64,000 nucleotides of DNA from an uncultured Nitrososphaerales archaeon (lineage in GTDB: Archaea; Thermoproteota; Nitrososphaeria; Nitrososphaerales; Nitrososphaeraceae): positions 1,216,001 to 1,280,000 of the forward strand of contig CAVOHZ010000010.1 in assembly GCA_963695855.1 (NCBI GenBank). The letters are read 5' to 3'. Below, piece after piece: positions 31,795-42,729 of this stretch (the stretch's first letter is position 1; every line of letters begins with the position of its first letter). The notes beneath the pieces were generated by a model. The model had not been told where the DNA came from and made no database searches. It saw nothing but the letters and a program-made list of their open reading frames with translations. Position numbers and translations under genes: made by a program.

Positions 31795-32521
31795 AGCTGT
31801 GTTAAGTTAAGCAATAAAAGCTATAGCTAAGAATATCATATCTATTATACGAAATAAAATTTGAAAGAAATAGAACATGTGCCTGTATTGTAATATATTC
31901 TTTGTATCTATATTTTCTTGGTCTCAGTTTAAGAAAACTTCTAAAGTATTAATGCTCTTTAAACGTAAGAAAAGGAGTTACGTGTCTGTATGGAATTGGA
32001 TTCAGAGATTTGGTTCTTGCAGGATCTATAAAAGAAAAAGAGTAACTGCTTTTATTATAGATGAGACCATTATTCAGATTGGTAACCAGCACTTCTGGTT
32101 ATGGTTTTGTATTGAACCAGACCACAGTTCTGTGCTTGGAATCTATCTCTCAGAGAAGAGAAACATGATAGTCGCTGAAAAGTTCATTCGATCTCTTGTA
32201 TCAAAATATGGAAAACATGTTGTGTTTACAGATACAGATAATGGAGGTACATGGTATGATAAAGCATGTAACGTAATGGATTAAAACAGTATCTGCACTC
32301 ACCATTTCAGAAAAATTTTGATGGAAAGAGTTAACCAATATTTTAATGATAGAATCGAATCTTTTGATGACTATTATCGTATATGCAAGAGGAATGTAAT
32401 CTATTACATGAACATAACTGGATACAATTCTTTGTCCCTGTGTATAATGATATAATATTTGAAAATTATTTTATAATTGAGATGCAAGAGAGAGGTGAAT
32501 TTATATTAAGTTAATAGAGCC
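31795..32521 (+). mobile_element. IS6-family element with degraded transposase
   Basis: WNWIQRF, IIDET.I.IG, TD.G.WY, ER.NQY..DR.E.FDDY; ends AGCTGTGTTAAGTTAA and TTAAGTTAATAGAGCC. Confidence 0.85.
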
Positions 32522-32665
32522 TAATTAAACCCATTATTGATGATGAGCATATTTTTAATGTAATAATAAATAGAACGTATAATTAGGTTTTATCGGATCA
32601 TTGCCAAGTTATAAAAATTTGATTAAGCATAAAAAGAAAAAAGAAAAAAATTATTTATTTTTTAT

Positions 32666-33223
32666 TTATCCGTTATACGGACTTTCTATCTTTCTTATGT
32701 AATTGAAAGTAATTCGCATTGTATCGTTGTAATATCTTTGTGAGAGTTCTAATGATTTCTTAACATTCTCAACCCCACTTACAAAAATTTCATTTATAAA
32801 ATTTGTTGTATTTACTGTACTATCTTGTATGTTTTTGTTTAACGTATTATATGTTTCAGAGTATCTTTCTGGAATATTGAAATTTTGCCAGTATGACTTG
32901 TTTATATTGTTCAAGAATTGAGAACACGATGATTGATATGTGTTAAAGATATTTTTTTGTAATTCTATAATGTTGGAAGATGCTTCTTGTGTAGTTTTGC
33001 TGATTTGTTCTTGATAATTCCTGAATGTATCTGCGTTCTTTTCAAAAATTCTTCGGTTATCACCTTGAAATTTATTTACGCTTTCATTAATCTTTTCTGT
33101 AGTTTGAGATATATTGGATGCTGTATCCTTATATTGTTGTTTCTGCTGTTCAAGGTATCTTTCTGTGGTTTCCTTAAATTGGTTTACATTTTCTTTTACA
33201 TCATCTTTTTTAGTTGAAGACAT
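32666..33223 (-). CDS. Asn/Gln-rich amphipathic helical protein (phasin/apolipoprotein-like Nitrososphaeraceae family)
   Basis: Helical polar composition, PERYSE.Y motif; function inferred. Confidence 0.7.
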   Translation of the reverse strand: MSSTKKDDVKENVNQFKETTERYLEQQKQQYKDTASNISQTTEKINESVNKFQGDNRRIFEKNADTFRNYQEQISKTTQEASSNIIELQKNIFNTYQSSCSQFLNNINKSYWQNFNIPERYSETYNTLNKNIQDSTVNTTNFINEIFVSGVENVKKSLELSQRYYNDTMRITFNYIRKIESPYNG

Positions 33224-33646
33224 ACACTAAATATTGTTTTGAGGGATATTAAGATTAATACTATTGACTATGTATTTTTCATTTCTATTATATAGACAAT
33301 TGTCTAAAACGTTGTAAAACATAAGCAAGATGATTATGAAAGTATTAGTTATCATTAAAGTCAAAGGAAAATCGATATTAATATTTTAGAATTTTATATC
33401 GTCTATAAAAATGATCAATACAATTTAATACTGAATAGAATGTGCCCACAAGTTGAGCATCATGAGTGGAATTTAACATCATACATTTTATTTTTAAACT
33501 AATATACTACTTATATAATTATTTTACATATAACTTAGGATTAAATAAAATAAATATAATTTAAAATTCTTTTTGAAGAAAGATTAAAAAAATCAACTGA
33601 ATTTTTATAATTTCTATGTAATATTCTATAAATCAACAATTGTAAC

Positions 33647-33708
33647 AAAGCCTTGATACCATACGGACTGGGGAGGATAGTCAACTGATTTTGAAACAAT
33701 TTTGTAGT
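33647..33708 (+). repeat. att-like dispersed repeat, family 1, site E
   Basis: aaagccttgataccatacggactggggaggataGTCAActgattTTGAAacaattttgtagt. Confidence 0.88.
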
Positions 33709-33829
33709 TCACGGAAAGTCGAAAATAATCTAAAGAACAGTCATTATCACATCTCATAAATGTCAACTAGGCGTTTAATATTATCTACTTTAGTACTACT
33801 GAAATATCAGGTTTGACAAAAAATGCTAG

Positions 33830-34747
33830 ATGATGTCATTTAAAAAAATTTTTCAGATGAGTAGAAAAAATCGAGAAATTTTAGTTTCTGCTTTTACTGC
33901 TGTATCTGTTGGAATTATTATCTATCAACTTGTTTATAATCCTACTAAATCAACAGAAATTATTATTTATTTGTTTGATCTGATAGTGACTGCTATTCTA
34001 ATTACAGATTTTTACTTGAGAATGAAAGAAGCAAAAGGAAGCAAACGCATTTTCATTCTCAAACATTTGTATGAGATTCCAGCGCTAATTCCGTTACTAA
34101 TTTTTGGAATATTTGAAAGCTATTCATATCTCAATATAATTTTCAGATTGTTAAGACTTATCCGTTTATTTAGGATCATGCATCTTTTTTCGCGAATTTT
34201 AATTTTTTCAGCTCAAACGAATAATCGTTTTCTCTATATTGTTTCAGTGTCAGGTCTGGCTGTAAGTGGTGGGGCAATTGGTTTATTTCTAGTTGAGGGC
34301 AATGTCCCAGAAAGCAAGGTAACAAATTTAGGAGATGCTTTTTGGTGGGCAATAGTAACTGTTACCACAGTAGGGTATGGAGATATTTACCCTGTTACTA
34401 CTGAAGGAAAAATCATAGCTAGCATTTTGATGATTGTTGGAATCGGTATTTTAGGAGTATTAATTTCTACACTTGGTGCGAGTTTTATAGAATCTAGACT
34501 TAAACCTAAAATAACCATAGAGGAAGAATCTAAAAAAGCAATAAATGAAAAAATTTGCAAACTGGAATCATTAAATAAAGATGAATATTCCTCCTTGATT
34601 TTATCAATTAGCAAACTTTATAATGATTTAAGATCAAAACCTAAAAGTAAAAATAATAATAATTCCAGTTGTATAAAATGCAATAATATCTATCCTGCAG
34701 ATTCTAGATTCTGTAATAAATGTGGATGCTCACTACAAAATAATTAA
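33830..34747 (+). CDS. voltage-gated-type potassium channel with C-terminal zinc ribbon
   Basis: S4-like RLLRLIRLFR, filter TTVGYGD, terminal CxxC-x10-CxxC. Confidence 0.92.
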   Translation: MMSFKKIFQMSRKNREILVSAFTAVSVGIIIYQLVYNPTKSTEIIIYLFDLIVTAILITDFYLRMKEAKGSKRIFILKHLYEIPALIPLLIFGIFESYSYLNIIFRLLRLIRLFRIMHLFSRILIFSAQTNNRFLYIVSVSGLAVSGGAIGLFLVEGNVPESKVTNLGDAFWWAIVTVTTVGYGDIYPVTTEGKIIASILMIVGIGILGVLISTLGASFIESRLKPKITIEEESKKAINEKICKLESLNKDEYSSLILSISKLYNDLRSKPKSKNNNNSSCIKCNNIYPADSRFCNKCGCSLQNN

Positions 34748-34790
34748 ATTTGCGTCGTAATAGTCAAACGAAAATCGAAACGTATGGTAA

Positions 34791-34837
34791 TAATGTAGTT
34801 TCTGATGATTCAACTATCTTCAATACAATTTTGTAGT
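34791..34837 (+). repeat. att-like dispersed repeat, family 1, site F (highly degenerate)
   Basis: tctgatgattcaactatcttcaatacaattttgtagt. Confidence 0.45.
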
Positions 34838-35069
34838 TCTATTATATTTTATAATATGTTGAACAGAAATTTACGTTTAAAAAATGAAACAATATCATAA
34901 AATGTTTTATTTCTATGGAAAAACTCTTCCAGAATTGATAAAGTAAACAAGTTTACTAAACAATACAGTGATGGAAATACCTCTGATGTATCAATAATGG
35001 CAGTATTAGATAAACAAATAGAAATTCAAAAAAATTTTTCGTTTGGGTATTAGCGAAACAAGAAAATTA

Positions 35070-35565
35070 TCAAAATTTGGGTCTTATTATTTCATACACA
35101 TGATCAATATGTTTAAAGGATTTCATTCTTTCATTTGTACGAATATATAATTTATTAGTATCAAATTTGTCCATAATTAATTCATTAAGTTCCACTGAAA
35201 TAATGATATGGTTATCATTGGCATAACCCTCAAGTCTACTACATAAGTTAACGTTCTTTCCCATTGCTGTAATTTGTACTCTTGAAGGAGATTTCCAATA
35301 ACCAAAAACAACATCTCCTACATGAATAGCACATTTTAAATCAATATTAGTGCGTGGATTAAAACCAAAATAATTATTCCATAGTTTAAGATGCCTGTTT
35401 TTTATGTCATCAAATATTTTCCTTAATTCTATGGCAGCCACAATTGTTCTGCAAGGAACATCATCAAATTTTGTATCTTTAATACCAAAGTAAGCAAAGA
35501 TTCCATCGCCTATAAATTTATCCAAAATTCCATTATTATTGGTGATGATTTGTGACCCTGTATGA
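35070..35565 (-). pseudogene. class III adenylate/guanylate cyclase, 5'-truncated by a MITE
   Basis: LDKFIGDG, IHVGDV, G.NVNL.SRLE; first catalytic Asp region missing, ORF start lies inside the MITE. Confidence 0.8.
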
Positions 35566-35693
35566 GGTCCTATTAAGTTAAGGAAAATAGATGGATAGAA
35601 TTGAAAAAACTTGTAAAAGTGAGCACACAACAGCACAGAACATAATAGAATTATATAATATTACTATTACTTTACTCTTAAGTTAACAGGGCC
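35566..35693 (+). mobile_element. 128-bp MITE, diverged relative of the 119-bp MITE
   Basis: Ends GGTCCTATTAAGTTAAG / CTTAAGTTAACAGGGCC; shares AATTGAAAAAAC and AGAACATAATAG; no matching TSD. Confidence 0.8.
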
Positions 35694-35702
35694 AAAAATA
35701 AT

Positions 35703-36935
35703 CTATATCGTACTCTGATTTTCCTTAATAGTATATGTTCTGTCCTTCCAATTAACAGTGTGTTTATATCCAGAATTAATTATGGATGTAAAAAATGCAA
35801 TAAATACAAAAGTACACGCTAATGGAAAGGCTATCGAATAGAAGATATTTTGAACCATTAAATATTTTAAATGCAAAATACTTGTCATTATCAACAATAA
35901 AATTGATGTTATGGCTAAAGATAGCAAAACTAGATTTAGGTTGGTCATATAATCTGTTATATGTTCTTGCTGTAACACAGTGATCATAATTGAAAATGGC
36001 AATACAATTAGAGGTAGTAATAACAAAAGAAATGTTGCAATCACCATCAAATACGCCTTTATTTTTTCTCTTTTGTATATGGAAATCATTAATCTTGTAA
36101 GTCCATGCCAAAGAGTAGAAGGGTTTCTTGCCCATAAAGCCTCTATGTGGTCTTTGCCATTAACTACTTTAAGTTTAAAGCCTTTCTCTTTTACTTTTCT
36201 TCCTAGCGCACCATCTTCTACAATTTCATCCTTTACTGCTTTATGAGTACCTATTGCCTCATAGGTTTTTCGTGTTATTATAAAAAAACTTCCAAAGAGG
36301 TATCCTATCTTGCTATTGGGATTATTTGCTTTTAGCGCGGAGTATCTAGCCAAAGAAAGAGTCCAAAGTATAGGTAGAGTAATCTTTGTCCAAAAATCAG
36401 TTGCCAATATTTTGGGCATTGCGGTAAGAGCATCAAGTTCTTCAGACAAAAAATGATTCACAGCTAAAGAGATAGAGGTTAAAGAATGTATAGTATCGGC
36501 ATCAGTAAAAAGAAAGAGATCGCCTGTTGATTTAAGATATCCCTGATGGCAAGCCCAATTCTTTCCTGTCCAGTAATCAGGCTTTGGTTCTGCATTAACA
36601 TACACAACTCTAGAATTTGTTGTGCTATAATTCTTAATTATTTCAGCTGTTCTATCAGATGAAGAATCATTAATTACAACTATTTCATAATTGGAATAAT
36701 CTTGATCAATTAAACTTTCTAGACATTTCTCTATGTATTTTTCCTCGTTTCTTGCAGGAACAATTATGCTCACCTTGGGAAGAACAATGTTTTTTTTAGA
36801 TGATGTGAAAGAATGTAGTTTTGGTACCTCTATTAGAGATTTTATAGTACAAACAAGAAAGTATACCCATGAAAAGAAAACACTAGAAATAATAGCAACT
36901 AACGTTATTAATAAAGCAAAATTATATTCGACCAA
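35703..36935 (-). CDS. GT2 glycosyltransferase, membrane-bound
   Basis: VSIIVPARNEE, D.SSD.T, W.GK, FTDAD, VEDG; terminal TM helices. Confidence 0.92.
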   Translation of the reverse strand: MVEYNFALLITLVAIISSVFFSWVYFLVCTIKSLIEVPKLHSFTSSKKNIVLPKVSIIVPARNEEKYIEKCLESLIDQDYSNYEIVVINDSSSDRTAEIIKNYSTTNSRVVYVNAEPKPDYWTGKNWACHQGYLKSTGDLFLFTDADTIHSLTSISLAVNHFLSEELDALTAMPKILATDFWTKITLPILWTLSLARYSALKANNPNSKIGYLFGSFFIITRKTYEAIGTHKAVKDEIVEDGALGRKVKEKGFKLKVVNGKDHIEALWARNPSTLWHGLTRLMISIYKREKIKAYLMVIATFLLLLLPLIVLPFSIMITVLQQEHITDYMTNLNLVLLSLAITSILLLIMTSILHLKYLMVQNIFYSIAFPLACTFVFIAFFTSIINSGYKHTVNWKDRTYTIKENQSTI

Positions 36936-37065
36936 TTATATAAAGAAACCTTTCTTTTTATATATAAATAATATTTATATTGTTTTATGCCTACAATATC
37001 TATAAATACATCGAAATTTATGAGAATACCTAAACAATCTAATACCTTTCCTATTTTGCTATATT

Positions 37066-37105
37066 TTGGTATCGGAGGGTTAGAGTATGACACGTAATTG
37101 GGATC
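37066..37105 (+). repeat. att-like dispersed repeat, family 2, site I
   Basis: atcggagggttagagtatgacacgtaattgggatc; matches 49206-49241 and partly the tRNA fragment. Confidence 0.7.
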
Positions 37106-37436
37106 TGTCTTTTACAAATTTAAATTTTTATATTGTTAAACTTTTAGTATAATTAAAAATTATTTTTTATATGCTTTACGATAGATATGGGAAGGTAAAA
37201 ATAAATCTTATTGTTATTTTGAGAAAACTATTCATCCATGTTGTTCTTTTGTTGTCTACCCGTTAAATAGAATATTATTACGATCACATAAATACAAGCA
37301 TAGAGTATTGACCACTATAGATGTTTTGCTAAATTAACTGACATGGATAATTAACAATATATTCATAAATTTGAAAAAAGAAAGATAATATCATTTATAG
37401 ATGAATTGTTTTATTGGATAAGGATGATAAGTTGTC

Positions 37437-38411
37437 TTAAAAAAAACTGCCTAGTCTAGTTAAAGTATTCTCATTAAATAAGTTAAGCTCTTTATTATAT
37501 ACGCATTTATTTAATTCATTTCCATCGCTGTTACAACTTTGAATAAGTAGTAAAATTCTTTTATTCTGGAAAATATCATAAGGAAGAAAAGTGATTTGAC
37601 TTTCTTTTCCATTGAATTTTTCTAAAATACTTCCTGATTTACCCTCCAATCCAAACTTAACCGATGTAAGATTTGAAAACTGCTCTTTTTTCTCATGGAG
37701 TTTTTTTGAGATTGAAGTCTCATTTTTATTAGAGTCTCCAATCTTTACTCCATTTTTGTCAATTATTACCAATCTGGTATTATTTTGTATATTAATAGAC
37801 TGAAGAAATTGGTCATAATTGTTAAAATTAATAGTTCCAAACAGTATTCCTATCATATCCTTTTCTTTTATTACTGGAGTAGCAATTACTGCCAGATTTC
37901 TTCCTGTCGCTTTAGAAATAATTGCATCGCTCAAGTAAGTTTTTTTAGTCTGTTCAACTACTTGATAATAATCTCTAAATGCAAGATTGTTTGTAGTTAG
38001 ATTTAATTGACGTTCAAATGGCTCATCAAAATACACCTCTCCGTTATTTAATAAAAATACAATTGATGAAAATTCGTTAAATTGATCCAAAAGTATTTTA
38101 GCTATTTTTCTCTTCTCAATATCTGCATCTTCTGGTATGCCATTGATTTTTGAATCTACCAAATTTTTATCAGGAGGCTGTAAAATTTGTGGTAGACTGC
38201 TAGCAATTTGTAGAGCTGTAGCTAGTTTTGTTACCTTACTCTCAAGTATTGTTTTTATATTTTTGAGTTCATTTAAAAGTGAGGAATTATTTTCGTTCGC
38301 TTTATAATAGTATTGAGTATCTTGAGCATACACACAGATGGATAGGTTTGCAGAAAATACAATAATACTGATAGTAATAATACCAAATAAAAGATCTAAA
38401 ATCTTTGACAT
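37437..38411 (-). CDS. stand-alone extracellular Cache-domain protein
   Basis: Signal anchor; FRDYYQ...T...YLS...SKATG....VIATP; no cytoplasmic output domain. Confidence 0.85.
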   Translation of the reverse strand: MSKILDLLFGIITISIIVFSANLSICVYAQDTQYYYKANENNSSLLNELKNIKTILESKVTKLATALQIASSLPQILQPPDKNLVDSKINGIPEDADIEKRKIAKILLDQFNEFSSIVFLLNNGEVYFDEPFERQLNLTTNNLAFRDYYQVVEQTKKTYLSDAIISKATGRNLAVIATPVIKEKDMIGILFGTINFNNYDQFLQSINIQNNTRLVIIDKNGVKIGDSNKNETSISKKLHEKKEQFSNLTSVKFGLEGKSGSILEKFNGKESQITFLPYDIFQNKRILLLIQSCNSDGNELNKCVYNKELNLFNENTLTRLGSFF

Positions 38412-38455
38412 TATTTAATCTTTAAAATTTCAATAATCATTCAATATAATCCTAT

Positions 38456-38536
38456 CTATGATCTCGCATTTCCTTTCTCATCCATTACTGCAATCTGTAA
38501 GTAGTTCTTATGGAGATCCATTCCCACATACATCAT
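38456..38536 (-). pseudogene. IS110-family transposase N-terminal fragment
   Basis: MMYVGMDLHKNYLQIAVMDEKG. Confidence 0.75.
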
Positions 38537-38605
38537 ACTACTGTTAGAGCATAACTTACTGTCTGATTTGTATTTACTGGACTTGTTCACATATAGTTAG
38601 CTCTT

Positions 38606-38624
38606 TCCTTAAGTTAACAGCACC
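38606..38624 (-). mobile_element. solo IS6-type terminal repeat
   Basis: Reverse complement GGTGCTGTTAACTTAAGG. Confidence 0.5.
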
Positions 38625-38631
38625 CATTAAA

Positions 38632-39681
38632 TTATAATTTTTGCGGAGTAGTAATCAGCTTTCCGAATAATTGTGACTCCATCATTTTTATGTGACCCAT
38701 TACCATCTCTTCAAAAGGATAAACTGTGTCTATTATTGCTTTTATTTTTCCTTTACTTGTCCATTTAATTACCTCTTCTAATCCTGCACGTGTTCCTTGG
38801 GTAGCTCCGATAAGATTTAGTCCCTTAAAGAAGAGATATCTCAAGTCTAATTTTGAATCATATCCTGTTGTGGCTCCTGTAGATACTAAGGTACCTCCCA
38901 TATTTAAGAGACTAACTTCTTGTGGAAATACAGATTTTCCTATATGTTCAAAAATAATATCTACACCTTGATTATTTGTTAAGCTTCTAACTTTCTTGTA
39001 CCAATCAGGCTCTCTATGATTTACAACATGATGAGCACCTAATTCAAGGCATTTACTCATTTTTTCTTCCGTACCAGCTGTTGCAATAACATCACAATTG
39101 AACAGCTTTGCAATTTGAATACCTGCTATTCCCATACCACTTCCACCTCCCATAATCAAAACAGTTTGCCCTGGTTGAATATTAGCTCTAGTAACTAACA
39201 TGTGCCAGGCTGTCATTCCAACCATAGAATTAGCCGCTGCATCTTGAAAAGAAAGATTATCTGGGATTTTTATAACGTTGACTTCTGGTAAATATGTATA
39301 TTGAGCAAACCCTCCCCATAAAGGACCAGTTTGAAAACCCCATACTTGTCTATGACGACAATCATATTCTTTGCCTGAAGTACAGTCCTTACATATTCTA
39401 CAGGTTAGATTGGGATGTCCTACTATTCGGTCTCCTTTTTTTATATCTAAAATATTTTCTCCAATATCTGCTACTGTTCCAGAAACATCACTTCCAGAAA
39501 TGTGAGGAAGAGGAATCTTAATTGGTTCTCCCCATATTCCCCAAAGATCATCATAATTATAAGAAGCTGCTTCAACTTTTATAAGAACTTGATTATGCTT
39601 GATTTTCGGAATTTCTATCTCTTCTATTTTTACAACTTTTCTTGGATCCTTATTATGCTCACGATATACAGCTGCCTTCAT
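38632..39681 (-). CDS. zinc-binding MDR-family dehydrogenase/reductase
   Basis: PHISGSD.SG, C..C..C..G....C, GG.SG.G.A.IQIAK, GK at the C-terminus. Confidence 0.92.
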   Translation of the reverse strand: MKAAVYREHNKDPRKVVKIEEIEIPKIKHNQVLIKVEAASYNYDDLWGIWGEPIKIPLPHISGSDVSGTVADIGENILDIKKGDRIVGHPNLTCRICKDCTSGKEYDCRHRQVWGFQTGPLWGGFAQYTYLPEVNVIKIPDNLSFQDAAANSMVGMTAWHMLVTRANIQPGQTVLIMGGGSGMGIAGIQIAKLFNCDVIATAGTEEKMSKCLELGAHHVVNHREPDWYKKVRSLTNNQGVDIIFEHIGKSVFPQEVSLLNMGGTLVSTGATTGYDSKLDLRYLFFKGLNLIGATQGTRAGLEEVIKWTSKGKIKAIIDTVYPFEEMVMGHIKMMESQLFGKLITTPQKL

Positions 39682-40470
39682 GTCACTATAAAAAATACAA
39701 TATGGAATTTAAAGAATAGGTTTACAAAGTATTGTAAAAAAAATATATAAACAGAAAGTAGTAATAGCAATATTATAGAAATAAAAAGCAGTTAACTTAA
39801 CTTCCAATTCTCTCTCTCAAAGTATCTCTCAAATTAATAAATAAAATTTTGTATATATGATAATGCCTAATCTTGATCAATGGATCAATCAAAGTAGTAA
39901 AAATGAAGAACTGACGACGACAACAAACAAATTCAAAAATTGTTTGCTAACTATTAGAGCTGAACATCAAACGAGGATACGATCTAATATACATCCTACC
40001 GATAATGCATATCGTGAAAAAATTGTGGAGTTGATAAATTGAACTCTCGAAACATATAGAGCAGCCAATATACATAAGGTCCAACAGAATGAACAAATAA
40101 TAATAGATAATTTTATAGATGAACTTCACAAAAAAGAGATATAACTATAAACAAAAAGAATAGATATCTACTAAAAGATGAAGTCTTGATGTATAGACAA
40201 GAAGAAGATACTCTTGATTATATTCTATTTATAATCCATGACATGACTGATAAATTTTAGTATTAAAATAGAGATTTTGTTTACATTTTAAAGAAAACAA
40301 AGTACTTGTAAAATAAAACTTCTGGAATTCTACCAAAATATTTGCATTGTTCCTATTTGATAATCTGTGAATCTTTTCTACTGTATATCTTTTCTACTGT
40401 ATATTTTAACTTCGTTGCTATTTCTATGAACTACTCATTTCTTCTACTACATTGTCATCCAAAATATATT

Positions 40471-40529
40471 AACGCAATTGGTTACTTGGCTCTGAGGATA
40501 GTCAATTGTTTTTGACACAGTATTGTAGT
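40471..40529 (+). repeat. att-like dispersed repeat, family 1, site G (hybrid left flank)
   Basis: aacgcaattggttacttggctctgaggataGTCAAttgtttTTGACacagtattgtagt. Confidence 0.85.
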
Positions 40530-40595
40530 TCATTTTCTACAGTTTTTATAAAATAATTTTATCTTCAATTCTTATTGATGAAAAAATGTTAAAAA

Positions 40596-41555
40596 TTAAT
40601 CCTCAAGAAATGTATTTATCACTTTACTTAATCTTTCGGGGTATTGAAACATCAACGCATGACCACCATCCTTGAATTGTGCTAGCCATGCTCCTGGAAT
40701 TTTCTCTATAAGTATCATAGAATTAGCAGATGATAAGACAAGATCATTAGTTCCTGTTACGACAAGAGTATCTTGTGATATATCTTTTAATTGATCACAT
40801 ATTCCTTCAAACGAGAAAATTGCGTCTGTTTGTCTTTTAAGAATCTCAGTAGGTGGCAACTCAAGTGAGGCAAATTTTTCCAAGTAATCAGCATTTTGTT
40901 TTATCCAATCTGGAGTAAATAGTAGAGGGATAATTCGTTTCTTTATATCGTCAGCAGAAGCAGATTGATTTGTCACTTGATTAAAAATGTCGGGATTTGG
41001 TGGAGTTGATTGATTTCCACCACAATAAGAAGCATATATTATTAAATCATCAACTTTGCTTGGATAGTTTAATGCTAATTTCTGGGCAATCATTCCACCC
41101 ATTGAATATCCCAAGATGTCAGATTTGTTAATCTTAAGAGCATCTAGCAATCCTTTACTATCATTTGCAAATTGATCAATTGAGAAATTTTTAGATCCTA
41201 CAGTAGGGTTACCAATACCACGGTTATCAAAGACTATGACTGTATGATTTGCAGATAATCCTTTCAAAAAAATAGGATCCCAGTCATTCATAGATCCTGC
41301 ATATCCCATTATTAGTAAAATTGGATCTCCTTTGCCAAAGATTTTATATGAAATATCTATATCTCCAACTTCAACTTGTTTGGATAGATTATTATCTAAT
41401 TTGCTTATGTTACTATCATTGTCTGAATTTATAATTTGACCATAAATTAAAACTGGATGATAGTAATTACCAATCATTACCAAACTAATAGTAGTGGTTA
41501 CAGCAATAATTACTACAATATTGAATTGCGAAATCATTACCATTATTATCTCCAT
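40596..41555 (-). CDS. secreted alpha/beta hydrolase
   Basis: FDNRGIG, nucleophile GYSMGG, GGHA; N-terminal hydrophobic segment. Confidence 0.92.
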   Translation of the reverse strand: MEIIMVMISQFNIVVIIAVTTTISLVMIGNYYHPVLIYGQIINSDNDSNISKLDNNLSKQVEVGDIDISYKIFGKGDPILLIMGYAGSMNDWDPIFLKGLSANHTVIVFDNRGIGNPTVGSKNFSIDQFANDSKGLLDALKINKSDILGYSMGGMIAQKLALNYPSKVDDLIIYASYCGGNQSTPPNPDIFNQVTNQSASADDIKKRIIPLLFTPDWIKQNADYLEKFASLELPPTEILKRQTDAIFSFEGICDQLKDISQDTLVVTGTNDLVLSSANSMILIEKIPGAWLAQFKDGGHALMFQYPERLSKVINTFLED

Positions 41556-41947
41556 CCTCCTCGTTTTTTAATGGAAGTACGTGATTCGTCTAGTGTTTCA
41601 AAAACTTCTACGTTGTTATTCGGAAAAGAGAATTTTACGTTTGCTGAATGTGATGTATAAGGTCCACAAAAAATACCACTAACCTGTCCTTTCGAACGGT
41701 GAATTTCATATCCGCGAAATTTTGTAGTATCTTCGCGAACCTTGGTACATAATATCCTTTGCCCTTCAACATATGTTAGATTTTTATCCAAGCAAATGGT
41801 CCAATATGTTGCCATTTCTGGAATCTCAATATCTTTATCTTTAAAGTTTGCTTCTATTAGAGAATGTTCTAAATTGTATTCATCTGGATTTAAGATTCTA
41901 GAACCTGTAAGTTTACTTTTTCCTTCACATAAGAAGTTACCTAACAT
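41546..41947 (-). pseudogene. degenerate member of the family of 51948..52490
   Basis: Weak E.K....G.R.L, T.W and Y.EGQ.IL pattern; looks decayed. Confidence 0.45.
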
Positions 41948-42154
41948 CCTTAGTCGTTAATTTATTTAATTGCCTCATCTTTATAAAATATATAGTTTGC
42001 AATCTTTTGTTTTCTAACACATTAGCAGAATCAGATTCAATATTTAATTCTTCATTAAAGATAACAGGAAAAAATCTAAAAAGTAAATTGTCAAGGAGAG
42101 TAGATGATCAAGAATCATTAATTAATCACAAAAATAATTTAGGACTAATCTATT

Positions 42155-42565
42155 TTAATTAAATTTATCGAGTAAAGGTGATTTACATGGTATGGAATAG
42201 TTCACATTTACTTCGGCCCCATTATCATCCTTCATATAATCATTATTTTTATCATCAAAAAAACTTATCACATAGTCATCAGAATAGATATCATCTGCTA
42301 TTACATAATCGTCAAAACCACCAGTATTATTTGTAGCAAAATAACCGTATGGATCAACAAATCCGGTTGAATTAATGAATTCCCAGTAAACGTTTCCATC
42401 TCTATTGAATCCATTTACTGTGAAATTTACTCTATGATCTGACAATTTTCCACATTCTGGAGAGACTTGAACGATTGGTTTAATAGCATAAATTGTGGTA
42501 TGTTCAGAAAGAGTATTTAATGCAAAGACAATTATTGTAATCAATGGAAAAAGCAAAAGTTTCAT
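42155..42565 (-). CDS. secreted hypothetical protein
   Basis: Signal peptide ending IYA; 136 aa. Confidence 0.75.
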   Translation of the reverse strand: MKLLLFPLITIIVFALNTLSEHTTIYAIKPIVQVSPECGKLSDHRVNFTVNGFNRDGNVYWEFINSTGFVDPYGYFATNNTGGFDDYVIADDIYSDDYVISFFDDKNNDYMKDDNGAEVNVNYSIPCKSPLLDKFN

Positions 42566-42729
42566 AGATTTTTCTGTGTATCGTCTATTTTAAATATTAC
42601 TATATGGTTTTAAAGAAAACAACCCATCATTTAAGAAAATGAAAAAGATATACATGGTAAAAATAGTCCTGTTCCTTTGGAACTTATCTCTTTAAAAAAA
42701 GAAAATTAAATTTTTTCGTTATCTAAAAC

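Noticed and set aside
35566-35636. N-terminus of the 35070..35636 cyclase ORF
   Set aside because: It is MITE sequence read in frame, not a real protein start
38632-39681. Specific call as acryloyl-CoA reductase of the HP/HB cycle
   Set aside because: Plausible for this MDR subfamily but cannot be established from motifs alone
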